Assembly (NCBI GenBank): GCA_002104905.1
Contig: MCFE01000191.1
Location: 73,083-137,082, forward strand
DNA: 64,000 nucleotides
Reading direction: 5' to 3'
Source of the DNA: Basidiobolus meristosporus CBS 931.73
Lineage: Eukaryota; Fungi; Basidiobolomycota
A program made the translations under genes and the position numbers. Below, piece by piece: positions 1-11,039 of the stretch. Below the pieces are notes generated by a model. The model worked only from the letters and a program-made list of their open reading frames with translations. It searched no databases and was not told the DNA's origin. Every line of letters starts with the position of its first letter. Position 1 is the stretch's first letter.

Positions 1-2555
1 AGTTCTGGGTACCTGGTCTCTGGTGAAAATGCTCTGGGTAAATCCCAACAAGAAATTTGGTCAGTATTCTCTAGAATTTGAAGGAAATGATCTAGGTGAC
101 TAAGTTAGGTGAATATTTAGATGGAATTACAAATTCTTACAACATAAAAAGCTTTCTTAACCATATTGCTTCTTGATAGCATCACAGGCTGCCATATGCT
201 CTGCCTCTGTGGTGGAAAGTACTACAGTTGGTTGCCTTCTTGAATTCCATGAAATTGCTCCTTAACAGTAAAGAAAGGTGTATTTCTTGAGCTCCATGAA
301 ATTGCTCCTTTACAGTAAAGAAAGGTGTAACTTGTGGTGGATCTTCTGTCAACCAAATTTTGTCCCCAATCTGCATCAGAGTATCCCACAAGATCCTGTT
401 CTGAATCCTTATAAGTGTATCTTAAGCAGATATCAGCAGTTCCTTTTAGGTATCTAAAAATCCGCTTAACTGCTGCAATATGAACAGATCCATAGTTCTT
501 GTTAAACTGGTTGACAGCTTCCATTGAATATGAGATATCTGATATGTGCCAAGCATGATATACATCAGACTACCAACTATACACTGATAGGGAAAGTCAG
601 GACTTTCAGATGGCACTAAGCTCTCTTAATTTGGTTGAGTTGTGACCAAGTTAAGGCTTTTCTCAGTTAAGGTAGCTGCCAGTCTACAGTCTTCCATTTG
701 GCTCTTCTTTAGTATATCCTGCATATACTTGAACTAACTCAGAGTGATAATCATGGACTTTTGTCTATTGGGAATTCTATCCCTCAGTAGAAACTTAGTT
801 CTTCTAGTTTGGATATCTTAAACTCTTTAGATGGACTGGATTTAGTCTGTTCCAATGTTTCTAGCTTATTTGCAGCTATAATAAGATCTTACATATATAG
901 AGATAATAGAACAGGATTTTCTCTATCTGGTTTATATTATATGCTGTAGTCAGCATTACTCCTTTTGAAACTGAAAAATTACAAACAAGAATCTATCTTG
1001 AAATTCCAGGCTCTTGGTGATTTTTTGAGATCATACAGTAATTTTTTAAGCTTGCAGACCAAATGGGAGTTATCCTGGTCAGCAAACCCTTCAAGCTGGC
1101 TCACATACACATTCTCATCAGGCCCTCCACTCAAAAATGCAGTTTTCAAATCTAATATATGTATAAAAAACTTGTATTTGGCTGCAATAGCCAATATCAA
1201 TCTGATGGAATTAAACTTGGCTACAGGTGCAAAGGTTGCAGTATAGTCAAGTCCTTTTGCTTGAGAGTATCCTTTGGCCACAATTCTTGCTTTGTATCTT
1301 ACAATTAAATCATCAGCCTTGTATGTTGTCTTAAAGACCCATCTGCATCCAATTGATTTTTGTAGATTGGTGATTTGACTAAGTCTCAAGTTTGATTTTC
1401 CATCATGACTTGATATTGCTCAGTCCTTGCAGATCTCCAAAACCTTGTTTGAGGGCTATTTACCTTTGGTACTGTTGAGTCTCTATGCCTCACTCTCATT
1501 GAAGTAGCCAAAGATTATGCAGTTTACACTTTTTGGCTCAAATTTTGACAGATTTCCAGGCAGTTTATTGGCATATGCTGTACACCCAAATATTCTTAGA
1601 TGTTCTGCACTTGGGCTGTATTCATACTATGCTTGAAATAGAGTAAACTCACAAAGTTGTCCTTATTACTCCAATTTTTAAGGTATACAGCAATGGCAAC
1701 TGCTTCTGCCCAAAAATCATAGAATAATTTTTGATCATGGTCATAGATCTTACCATATCAATTATTGATCTGTTTGCATGTTCTACTACCCCATTTTACT
1801 ATAAGGAGTATGGTACAGTAGTCTCTTGCTTTATCCCATGAATTTTGCAGGAGTGGATGAAGAGTTTGGAGGTATATTCTCCACTATTGTCAAAGCATAT
1901 TTTCTTGATTTTTTCACCTGTTTCTCTCTCCACCATGGCTTTGAACTCCCTGAGCATAGACAGAACTCCTTTCTTTCTCCCTACAAAGTAAACCCACATG
2001 TATCTTCTATAATTATCAATAATGGTGACTAAATACTTCATCCCACCTAAGGATTAATTTTGCATAGGTCCATGCAGATCTGAATAAATCAGATATATTT
2101 TTTCTTAGTTTAGAGTAAACCAGAGCTCTTGAAGAGTTGTCTGGCTTGTGTCCATCAAATGCAGGCTTTGCAGTGCTCCAAACCAGCTAAGAGATCAATA
2201 TCTACTCTGGAAATTAGCTGATCTTTGATCATTTTGCACAAATAACCAAAATTGATGTGTCCAAATCTCCTGTGCCAAAGCATTGATATTTCTTCATTTG
2301 GGTTACCTATATTGGCTTCCTGATATGATGGAGCTTAAGGTAACTTGTATAGATTATGATCTCTGATAACCAAAGCAATATGGCACCATTTGATCAGCAA
2401 TCCTGCATCCAGAATTGTCAAAGCTGAAACTGAGTCCTCCTGCAGTGGCCTTGATTATAGATGGTAGGTTCTTGACAGTTTCTGGTACACAGAGTACTTT
2501 GATGAAGATCAGTGTATGGCTTCCATAGTAATGGAAAGTATTCCATTACTACCAT

Positions 2556-3289
2556 AGACTTGTTCCGTTGGATAGTGCCACATTGAGCCATGAGTGCCAA
2601 ATGATGCCATAGTGTGCCCAAGAGGTCAAGTGAGCCTATACTTGGCTACAGAGTGTGAAACATAGCTCTGCATCTTCATGTAAAGCAGCCCCTGTGTTTC
2701 ACCCATTGCGCAGGAGAAAATCCATTTTTTGACCTTTTTTTGTGGATCAATGTAGCTCAGGATGTGTAAGAGCATAGGAGAACTGAAGATATGCATCTGG
2801 TACTCAATACCCATGGCACTCTGAATCTAGCTCCTGTAGCTTGTATCATGTCACAAAAATGAATGGCACTATCTTGGTCCACTGGTACTATCTGGCACTA
2901 TATTTAAATATTAGCCCTAAAGTAAGATCTATACAAAGCACTTATAGTGCCAGATAGTACCAGTGGACCAAGATAGTGCCATTCATTTTTGTGACATGAT
3001 ACAAGCTACAGGAGCTAGATTCAGAGTGCCATGGGTATTGAGTACCAGATGCATATCTTCAATCTGCTTGTGCTCTAACACATCCTGAGCTACATTGATC
3101 AACAAAAAAAGGTCAAAAAATGGATTTTCTCCAACACAATGGGTGAAACACAGGGGCTGCTTTGCATGAAGATGCAGAGCTATCTTTCACACTCTGTGGC
3201 CAGGTAAAGGCTCAATTGGCCTCCCTGGCACACTATGGCATCATTTGGCACTCATGGCTCAATGTGGCACTATCCAACGGAACAAGTCT
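2556..3289. mobile_element. 734-bp palindromic foldback element, copy 1
   Basis: 347-bp inverted arms (2556-2902 and 2943-3289) around a 40-nt spacer; termini AGACTTGTTC...GAACAAGTCT. Flanks are cat/aat, and the empty site in other B LTRs reads ttactac-aat-atctc. Confidence 0.93.
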
Positions 3290-3489
3290 AATATCTCTAA
3301 ACCAATATTGCACTCAATTCTTTATTTTGCTTTTTGCTATCATAACACAAAAGTGAAAGATCAAGAGTTTCCAACTTTGAAGGACAAATACTCCGGACCC
3401 TGACTAGTAATCCACTCAAGAATATTATGTCATACAGAACATGTAGTGGCCAACACATGTTTCCAATCACAGCTCATTTGAAGCAGTAC

Positions 3490-4096
3490 AATTGCCCACA
3501 AGACTCATCTGAGACAGGTTCCTGGATTCAAAAGCATCCCATATTTCTTTATAATGGACGTTGTCTTTGCCAACACCTAAAAATTTTTCAGAGACAAAAT
3601 CTAAACTGTATGTTTTGAGTTTAAAATGTTTAAAGTAAAGCATTAGATCAACAATAAGGCAACCATCCATTTCCACTTTGCAATAAGTGTTATAACCATA
3701 TGCGCTACTTTCCCAATCTACATCAACTAAGTTAGTATAGCCATTAGTAAGTCAAGACATATTTTGGAGAGGTTCTAAACAAAAGCTTAATCGTTCAAAG
3801 ACATATTTAAAATCAAAGCCATAAATGTTGTATCCAGTAATAATATCAGGATCCAAAGTTTGGATGAGAGAGCAAAACTTTTGAAGAAGTTCAACCCTGG
3901 CAGAGAAAAAAAGTTTGGTGACATTATCATAGGTGGGATCATCAAAAGGTTGATTGCCAATAAAGAGGAGATAATTGTCAAGTTTGCCAGACATGTAATT
4001 GGTCATAACAATACTAATCATCTCAAGCTTATCACCAGGTTTGTAAGTTTGGGCATTCCACATTTGGCAGAGACCATACATCTATATCAAATTGCT
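3490..4096 (-). pseudogene. polB: Family-B DNA polymerase 3'-5' exonuclease domain fragment, divergent and virus-like
   Basis: ORFs 3752-4081 and 3467-3676 share one frame, separated by a single TGA. Motifs: DPDIITGYNIYGFDFKYVFER (ExoII), WESSAYG, GCLIVDL, KLKTYSLDFVSEKFLGVGKDNV. FDID (ExoI-like) lies one base out of frame at 4091-4080. Confidence 0.9.
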
Positions 4097-5749
4097 CTTT
4101 GATCCTTCAGAGTTTTCATATATATGACTTCCCCAGCTGAAAAATAAAGGGAGAGCCTCTCTTTCCAGAATCTCCACACTACGATTACAAGTTTAAAGGT
4201 TATAAGACTTCCCCTGCATCACTTGCACTGCTGAGTATTCTGACTTTGATCAGTACTACATCAGTAATGAGACTGCAAAGCTCACAAGAATCCAATCTAA
4301 GTTCTACAAGAAACTACCACATTTCTGTCGGAAAAGTCCCCTCTAAGAAGCCCCTTTACCCTAAAGACACCCCTTTAGACACCCCTTTACTCTAAAGACC
4401 CCTTTAGAGACCCCTTTAGGGACCCCTTTAAGAAACCCCTTCACTCTAAAGAAGCCCCTTTAGGCACCCCTTTAGTATGAAGTCCACTTTAGAGACCACT
4501 ACAAGAAGCCCCTTTACTCTAAAGACACCCCTTTAGACACCCCTTTAGGTCTAAAGACCCCTTTAGAGACTTCTACAACACACCTCTTAGGTTAAAGGGG
4601 AGTTAAGAATTTTCACATTAGGAATTATTTTCTCAGAAAGGAAAGTGACTTCCAAATAAGAAAATGTTACTACAAAAGTAAATAAGCCCATTAGTCAACA
4701 GCAGGTCAGAACACTGCTGTGGAAGTGATAAACACTGCCTACAGTATATTTTGAGCCTAAGATTGAGGAAATTAGTGAAAGTTATATCTTCTATTGGTAT
4801 ATCAAACTCCCAATTAACTATTTCAGTATTAGCATACTGGAAGTTGTTGCATATTGTTGATTAGCCTCTACGTTGTAGAACAAGCCCAAACTAATCAAAA
4901 TACAACACAACACTTTGTTTGCTGCTTTTAAGGTTTACTTGTATAGTCCCTCCCCCCACTGTATCAAGAGTTCTATTTTTGCTTATGATGACTTTGTTAG
5001 TTGGAATTTCTTTATATTAGGTAAAGTTTTTTTGGTGTGTAAAGTGTTGAGATACTCCAGAGTCAGTAAGTGCATCTGAAATTCTTGTTTGTGGACATAT
5101 CTGGTGCAGATATGAATAGTCCATCTTCTGCAATTGCAGCATTTCTATATTCAGGCTTTTTCTGCTGACTGTCTTACTTTTTGAAGCACCAGTCTGGTGT
5201 ATGTCCTTTTATTTTGCAGTAGTTGCAAAACAGGTTGCTGTTGCCTTTGTAGGGTTATGGTTACCTTCTTTGTTGGTTATAACTTCTGATTAAAGCATCT
5301 TCGTTGTTCTTATTGGTGCTTGATCTTCTGTATTCTCTATTGAGAAGCCTTCCATAGACATAATATAAGGTCATATCTTCAGTTCTGGACTTTATGGCTT
5401 ATACAAGGCCCTGAAACTTCTGTCAGACTATTCAGGATGGTAACTATCACATCCCCATCAGTAGCTGGGACACCCACAGATTCCATCTCATCCACCAGCA
5501 GGGAAAATCTGTTAGTTAAATTTTTCATTTCATCTCCTGGCAGCATCTTTGTAGTAAAGAATTTTTGTCTCAGATATATTTTCTTAACAGCTGAACATGA
5601 CTAATGGGTGTCTTCTAATGCTTTCCAGGCATTCTTTGCCGTTTTTGTTCTTGAGCATTGAATCCGCGTTTTGTCCTTGACATCAAGGCAAATGCAGTTA
5701 AAGGCACTTTGTTATCTTTTCTGGTACTTTCAGTTTTGGGCTCATGACC

Positions 5750-6098
5750 AGTTGTAAGAGTTTTGTCAATATTAGAAGTGAGTTGGGAGGATAAGTAGAT
5801 TATGTGGTTTTCACATAATGATTTATTGAATGTAAAGTATTATTTATACTTTTACAAGGTCTTGGCATAACAAACACAAAGAATAGGTTTAGGAAGGTCC
5901 CAAGAACATGTGAGTAAAGTTTGAGGTTGATTGGACAAACTTGAGAATTTTCATGTTCTGGGTACCTGGTGTTTTGGTGAAAATCCTCTAGGTAAATCCC
6001 AACAAGAAGTTTGGTCAGTATTCTCTAGAATTTGAAGGGAATAATTTAAGTGACTAAGTTAGGTCAATATTTAGATGGAGTTACAAGTTCTTACTACA
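5750..6098 (-). repeat. Family A LTR shared between copia copies A1 and A2
   Basis: 349 bp, collinear with the reversed LTRs at 32797-33145 and 38215-38564. Preceded by the PBS and followed directly by RNase H sequence. Confidence 0.9.
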
Positions 6099-6504
6099 TA
6101 AGATGCTTTCTTAACCATATTGCTTCTTTGATAGCATCACAGGCTGCCATATACTCTGCCTCTGTGGTGGAAAGTACTACAGTAGGTTGCCTTCTTGAAT
6201 TCCATGAAGTTGCTCCTTTACAGTAAAGAAAGGTGAAGCCTGTGATGGATCTTCTGTCCTCCAAATTTTGTCCCCAATTTGCATCAGAGTATCCCACAAG
6301 ATCCTGTTCTGAATCCTTTTAAGTGTATTTTAAGCAGATATCAGCAGTTCCTTTTAGGTATTTTAAAATCTGCTTAGCTGCTGCAATATGAACTGATTCA
6401 TAGTTCTTGTTAAACTGGCTGACAGCTTCCACCAAATATGAGATATCTGATATGTGCCAAGCAAGATATACATCAGACTACCAACTATACACTGATAAGA
6501 AAGT
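6099..6504 (-). pseudogene. pol: Copia A2 RT/RNase H fragment
   Basis: ORF 6094-6297 GYSDANWGQNLEDRRSITGF...EAEYMAAC. Confidence 0.9.
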
Positions 6505-7806
6505 CATCAATGTGGTAGATGTGTCAAGTTGGCATTAGTGATTGACCTCTGGGTAAATTTTCCTACAATGTCAACAGATGACTCTCAGTGCTTCCAATGT
6601 ACCACTGGTAACAATAGTCTCAGAAGGCCACTTGAATAAATAAATATCCAGTACAACCAGTCCTTGCACTTTTATAGCTACATATGTGTATGAATATGGA
6701 GTGGAGCTAATGAGAAGTACTATTGGTAGCAGATTGTCTATAATATCCTGCCAGTTCTTTGAAGTCTCTCTGGTATCTCAAAGCGCTCATGTAGATTGAT
6801 ATGCTCCATGTACAACTTAGTCATTAGTACAGGGATATTATTGAAGAGGAAATGCATTGCTTCCAGTGGAAAGCTTTTGCTCCAACAGATACCCACTATA
6901 TTGAGTATCTCTGGTTTTTGATTAATTTCATATTCCAGCCAATGGATTAAAGCTTGTCAGCTTTGCTGCAATTGCTTGCTAACCTCTGTACATCTTCTCT
7001 GTTGAGAAATGATGCTCTTAGTGCGGGTGTTTGGGTATAATAATATGTGTGAGTTATGGAGTATATCCCCTGGATCTCTCATATTCAACAGCAATACCAT
7101 CCAATGTGTCCAGAAAAGTAGGCTATCTGGATGATGGCTAGGTATCTCCAGTGCATTTAATAACTTGCACTGTGAAATGATGGCCACTTACTACTATCCC
7201 ACTGCAAGCATACAAATTTCATCCAGCAGTAGATATATGTGGCTATCAAGATTAGATGGTGATTTAGGCTCCAATACCAGTGAGACTACCACTTGATTTC
7301 TGCTCTACTACAGTGACATAGGTGGTAGATTCAGGTTGATTAGAATCCATGGCCAGTAGGAATTGGTGGTAGAATACTTGTTTATTAAGAATACATCAAG
7401 TTCAGGGTAAGCAGATGGTAATATATACCTTGAAAGTAGGCTTTGCTTCTTAGTTGTTCCAAGATTTGCCATTCACAATGTTGGTAATATGTGTGCTTAA
7501 TTGATTCTGGGCATGTTAATTTATAGCTTCACAATATTTGTTTGAAACATGTGCTTCTCTACATGGGGTATTTCTGGAATATATGTGCAGTGTGAGCAAT
7601 GTCTTCCTTCTATGGTAGTGGATTCCAAAGAAGTTAGACACCTTGCAATGGTGGCATCTTCTGATGTGAATGCCATGCAACTTTTGACACATGTTAGTAT
7701 CAGGATGGGCTCTAGGTCATATGTTGCCAGCTGTGTCACAGTTGTCCGTTTGTACCATCCACAAGGTAAGTTGCATCTGGGAATGATTTTGGCACAAAGT
7801 AGTAGT
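6505..7806 (-). pseudogene. CACTA/EnSpm (Tnp2-like) transposase remnant
   Basis: Manual minus-strand translation gives SYWPWILINLNLPP...VLEPKSPSNLDSHIYLLLDEICML. ORF 7521-7739 has CVKSCMAFT...C. Homologous to 44850-45200. Confidence 0.8.
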
Positions 7807-7811
7807 AAATC

Positions 7812-8180
7812 TGTTGCAATTTAAGAAGTGATTTGGATATAAGGAACTTATCAAGAAGTAGTGCTAATAGTTGAACTGTTATTTATTAATAAAGAAGCTC
7901 AGTATTTATACCTTTGTAGAAGTAATAAAGCTGTAACCCCAAGTAAGGAGGGTTTCTCAATATTCAGGAGCATTCTGTAACAGTTTCAGAGTTAGTACAT
8001 AATGTTTAGTAATAGTGCTAATTTGATCCTTACTATAGGGGGATAATCATAAGATCATAGATCTGAAGAAAGTGGCAAAGTTAGAGCTGTAAGTTAGTCC
8101 CAGTGTGATCAAGACTAGTCCAGAATTGTTAAGTAAACTTTTAGCTGCTGAGTGATACCAAATAGTTCAATATCTCAACA
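7812..8180. mobile_element. Solo LTR family D
   Basis: 369 bp, TGTTG...CAACA, perfect 5-bp TSD AAATC. Confidence 0.9.
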
Positions 8181-9124
8181 AAATCCTCAGATCACCCTTT
8201 ATTGGTACCAGTGGGAACACACTACTACTATAGCCACAACATCACAGTACTCACCAGTAGATAGATTACTGGGTTCACTTGGCCCCATAAGGTATCCTTG
8301 GCAATTTTTTCTACAGGTGTTGTCTCATCACATCTAGGGATCTTGCAGGGCTCATACAGGGCACTGCTATCAGGGCAGACAGTCTCAAAATACATCAATG
8401 AGCCTTCTGCTTCAGGACTACACTCTGTGTGCCATATTCAGAAGGATGAGGTGTGCCTAAAGGTGTCACAATCTTACCTAACACAGTTTGCCCAAGGCAA
8501 CAAGTACAGCTAGGTGCCATCATAGAAATATCAACTGCTGGCAATACATTGTTGGTACAGTGGTGACTCATAGAAAGGCAAATATCACCTGTGTGGAAAA
8601 ACACTGGTTGTGATCCTAGTAATACTTGCTATGCTGGCAATGTGGTTTGCATCTGAGAGGCTGGTTACAGTAGCCACATGTTTTTTTTCTCTTCTCTCAT
8701 GACATTAAATCTAGGTGGAGTTCTCCATAGGGCTAGCAATTTGACAATCAACAATGTAACACTGTTATATCTCTTTTCTGTCAATACTTGTGTGTGTTTA
8801 AAAGAGTCTTGAATTTGAGACAATGCACCTTAATGAATGTAAGATTTAATGATGACTCTCCATAGTGGGGCTCATATATGAAGTTGTGGAACCTCATACA
8901 CATGTATAATGAACTCTATTCCACCTTAGTTTAACTAACTTCCATAGATATACCACCAAAAAAAAGTAAGGTTGTCTGGTTGCCTACAAAAACCTACTGC
9001 AGACAGCAGCAGAAGAACAGTTAGTCAACAACTTGCTTTGGCATCCACTGCAGCAAGCAGGCCTACATCCAAAAAGGTCATGCTGACTGTGTGCCCTGTG
9101 AAGGTAATAGAGTGGACTCCTCAG

Positions 9125-9330
9125 TTGGTAGGAGCCCTAGAGCTTTACAACACTGTTCATTCACTGATACCCATATGTCCTGGTCCTCAGCTAGCACTAC
9201 AAGGTCCAGCACCTCATCTGCCTGTCTTTGAAACAAATCCTTGTAATTTGAAGTGTGTTTTCTTGAGTACTGCTCTTGAAGAAGTGCTGCAACCTCTTGG
9301 TATGCCTTGTAATGTTCCCAAAGTGCACTT
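9125..9330 (+). repeat. Fragment of the family E LTR/5' region
   Basis: Reverse-complement similarity to 24770-24950 and 38730-38890. Confidence 0.7.
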
Positions 9331-9687
9331 TAAGCATTGTGATTGTCATTTGAGTTCTTCACAATGTTGCTTTGTCTGCCAGTGGGATATCCCCACTGCC
9401 TGCAATGGATGACATAGAGGCAGTGATAGATAAATTGCTGTTCTCTGCAAACTCATCTAACTCACTGGTGAGCTGCTAAAGTAGCCTGGCAAGATCCCAT
9501 TTTGCAATGTGACAACACCCATTGAAAAAAATGCTGAGGATGCTCCATGAATTCAAGTAAGGCCTGTAATCCATTGACTGGTAAATGCTGTGATGTTGTG
9601 GCTAGAGAGTTGGTGCATTTACATTGATATCAGTAATGGGAGCTTTGAGGATTTGATACTACTTCTAGCCAACATCATACTTGAAAG

Positions 9688-10064
9688 CTATCTGGCAATA
9701 TTTAAATATTAGCCCTAAAGTAAGGCCTATACCAAGCACTTATAATATCAGATGTAGACTGATAGTGCCATGCAGTTTTGTGACATGATACAAGCCACAG
9801 GAGCTAGATTTGCAGTGCCATGAATATTGTGTATCAGATGCATTTCTTCAATCCTTTTGTGCTTTTACACATTCTGCACAACATTGACCCAAAAGAAAAT
9901 TTTCCCCTGCACTTTTGGTGAGACAAATGGGCTGCTTTGCATGAAGATGAAGAGCTATGTTTCAAGCCCTGTGGCCAAGTATAGGTTCTCTTGGCCTCCC
10001 TGGCACTCTATGGCATCATTTGGCACTAATGGCTCAATGTGGCACTATCCAACAGAACAAGTCT
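9688..10064. mobile_element. Foldback element, truncated copy (spacer plus one arm)
   Basis: Spacer tttaaatattagccctaaagta... followed by an arm ending gaacaagtct. Confidence 0.85.
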
Positions 10065-10228
10065 GATACAAAGCTTGCACAAATAAGTGTCAAAATGCAC
10101 CTAAGAGGGGTACTAGAATCCAGCATGGAGAAGGAATATATTTTCTAAATACCAAAAAGTTCTTTGTGAATATTCAGGTGACATTCATGGCAGAAGTGGC
10201 AGTAACCAAGCATTTATTTATTTATAAA

Positions 10229-10554
10229 AAGAAATAATCTTAATAGCTCAACTGTTCTTTATTCACAAAGAAGCTCAACATTTATACCTTTGTAGTAATA
10301 ATGCAACTATAACACTAAGCAAGGAGAGCTTTGCAACATTCAGGAGCCTTCTGTAACATTTCTGAGTTAGTACAAAATGTTTAGTAAGAGTCCAATTTTA
10401 ATCTTAATTATAGAGAAGTAATCATAGGGTCCTAGATCTGAAAGTGAGTGGCAAAGTTAGGGCTTAAAGTGAGTCCTACATTGGCTAAAACTAATCGCAA
10501 GCTGTTAAATATCTATAGCTACTGAAAGATACCATATAATCCAATATCTGAACA
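10229..10554. repeat. Truncated family D LTR
   Basis: Collinear with 7845-8180 and ends ...tctgaaca. Confidence 0.75.
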
Positions 10555-11039
10555 GTATCTAGGGGTTTGTTGGGCTAAGACTATGTAAAAGTGGAAAGAC
10601 TACAGTATATCTAACAGGCCATAACTGAAGTGCAAGTGCATTGCTCCTGACAGAGATCTTAGGTGCAAGCAGAACATCACTATCCCATATATTTATGGAT
10701 TCTGATTGAATCAATGCTATGGCTGTTGGCTGATTACTTGTCAGCCTTGCTGCATTTAAATGCTGGATCTTGTTGGTTTTTGGTGTGCAAGAATCTTAGT
10801 CCTGCTGCTGGTATTTGAATAATCAGGATATGCATAAATATCAAAGGATGTCTTTCAAATTCAACACATATAATAGCAATAACATGCATTGTACCTAGAA
10901 AAGCTAGCTCCTAGGCTGATGGCTGTAGGTGGCTCAGTTCTGTTGGCACTATTACCTCAAAATGATGGCTGTCTTGTATTAACCTGCTTAACTGTATATA
11001 AAAGCATGTGCAATGATTTCAGGTAGCTATGTTTTGATG

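Larger units (their letters stand above)
2524..4912 (+). mobile_element. Ty3 family B solo LTR carrying two inserts (foldback 2556-3289; PolB fragment 3490-4096)
   Basis: Collinear with LTR 48858-50095 outside the inserts and ends ...acaacacaaca. Flanks cttc/cttt form a 4-bp TSD with one mismatch. Copia sequence resumes on both sides. Confidence 0.9.
1..5749 (-). mobile_element. Ty1/copia family A copy A1: decayed, internally deleted, interrupted by a family-B solo LTR at 2524-4912
   Basis: Partial reversed LTR at 1-144. Minus-strand ORF remnants of RNase H (182-524, ADWGQNLVDRRSTT), RT (979-1389, YKARIVAKGYSQ), integrase (1799-2041) and gag (~5300-5730). Reversed PBS gggctcatgacc at ~5738-5749. 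Confidence 0.92.

Noticed and set aside
237-329. ~47-bp tandem duplication in copia RNase H
   Set aside because: This is ordinary local decay in a dead copy.
2626-2814. Recurring ~60-90 aa ORFs (MGIEY...; also 3162, 9827, 19600, 20070, 43096, 43669)
   Set aside because: They are incidental translations of the foldback arms; starts, stops and frames vary between copies.
3490-4096. Polinton/Maverick or linear-plasmid protein-primed PolB as the source
   Set aside because: The DPDIITGYNI..FD..Y...R and KL..YSL..V...FLG..K motifs fit RNA-primed (delta-like/viral) PolB, and no Polinton genes or TIRs are nearby.
4337-4600. CCCCTTTAG arrays as CRISPR or telomeric repeats
   Set aside because: There are no unique spacers or cas genes, the units are irregular, and the array is embedded at a fixed position in an LTR.
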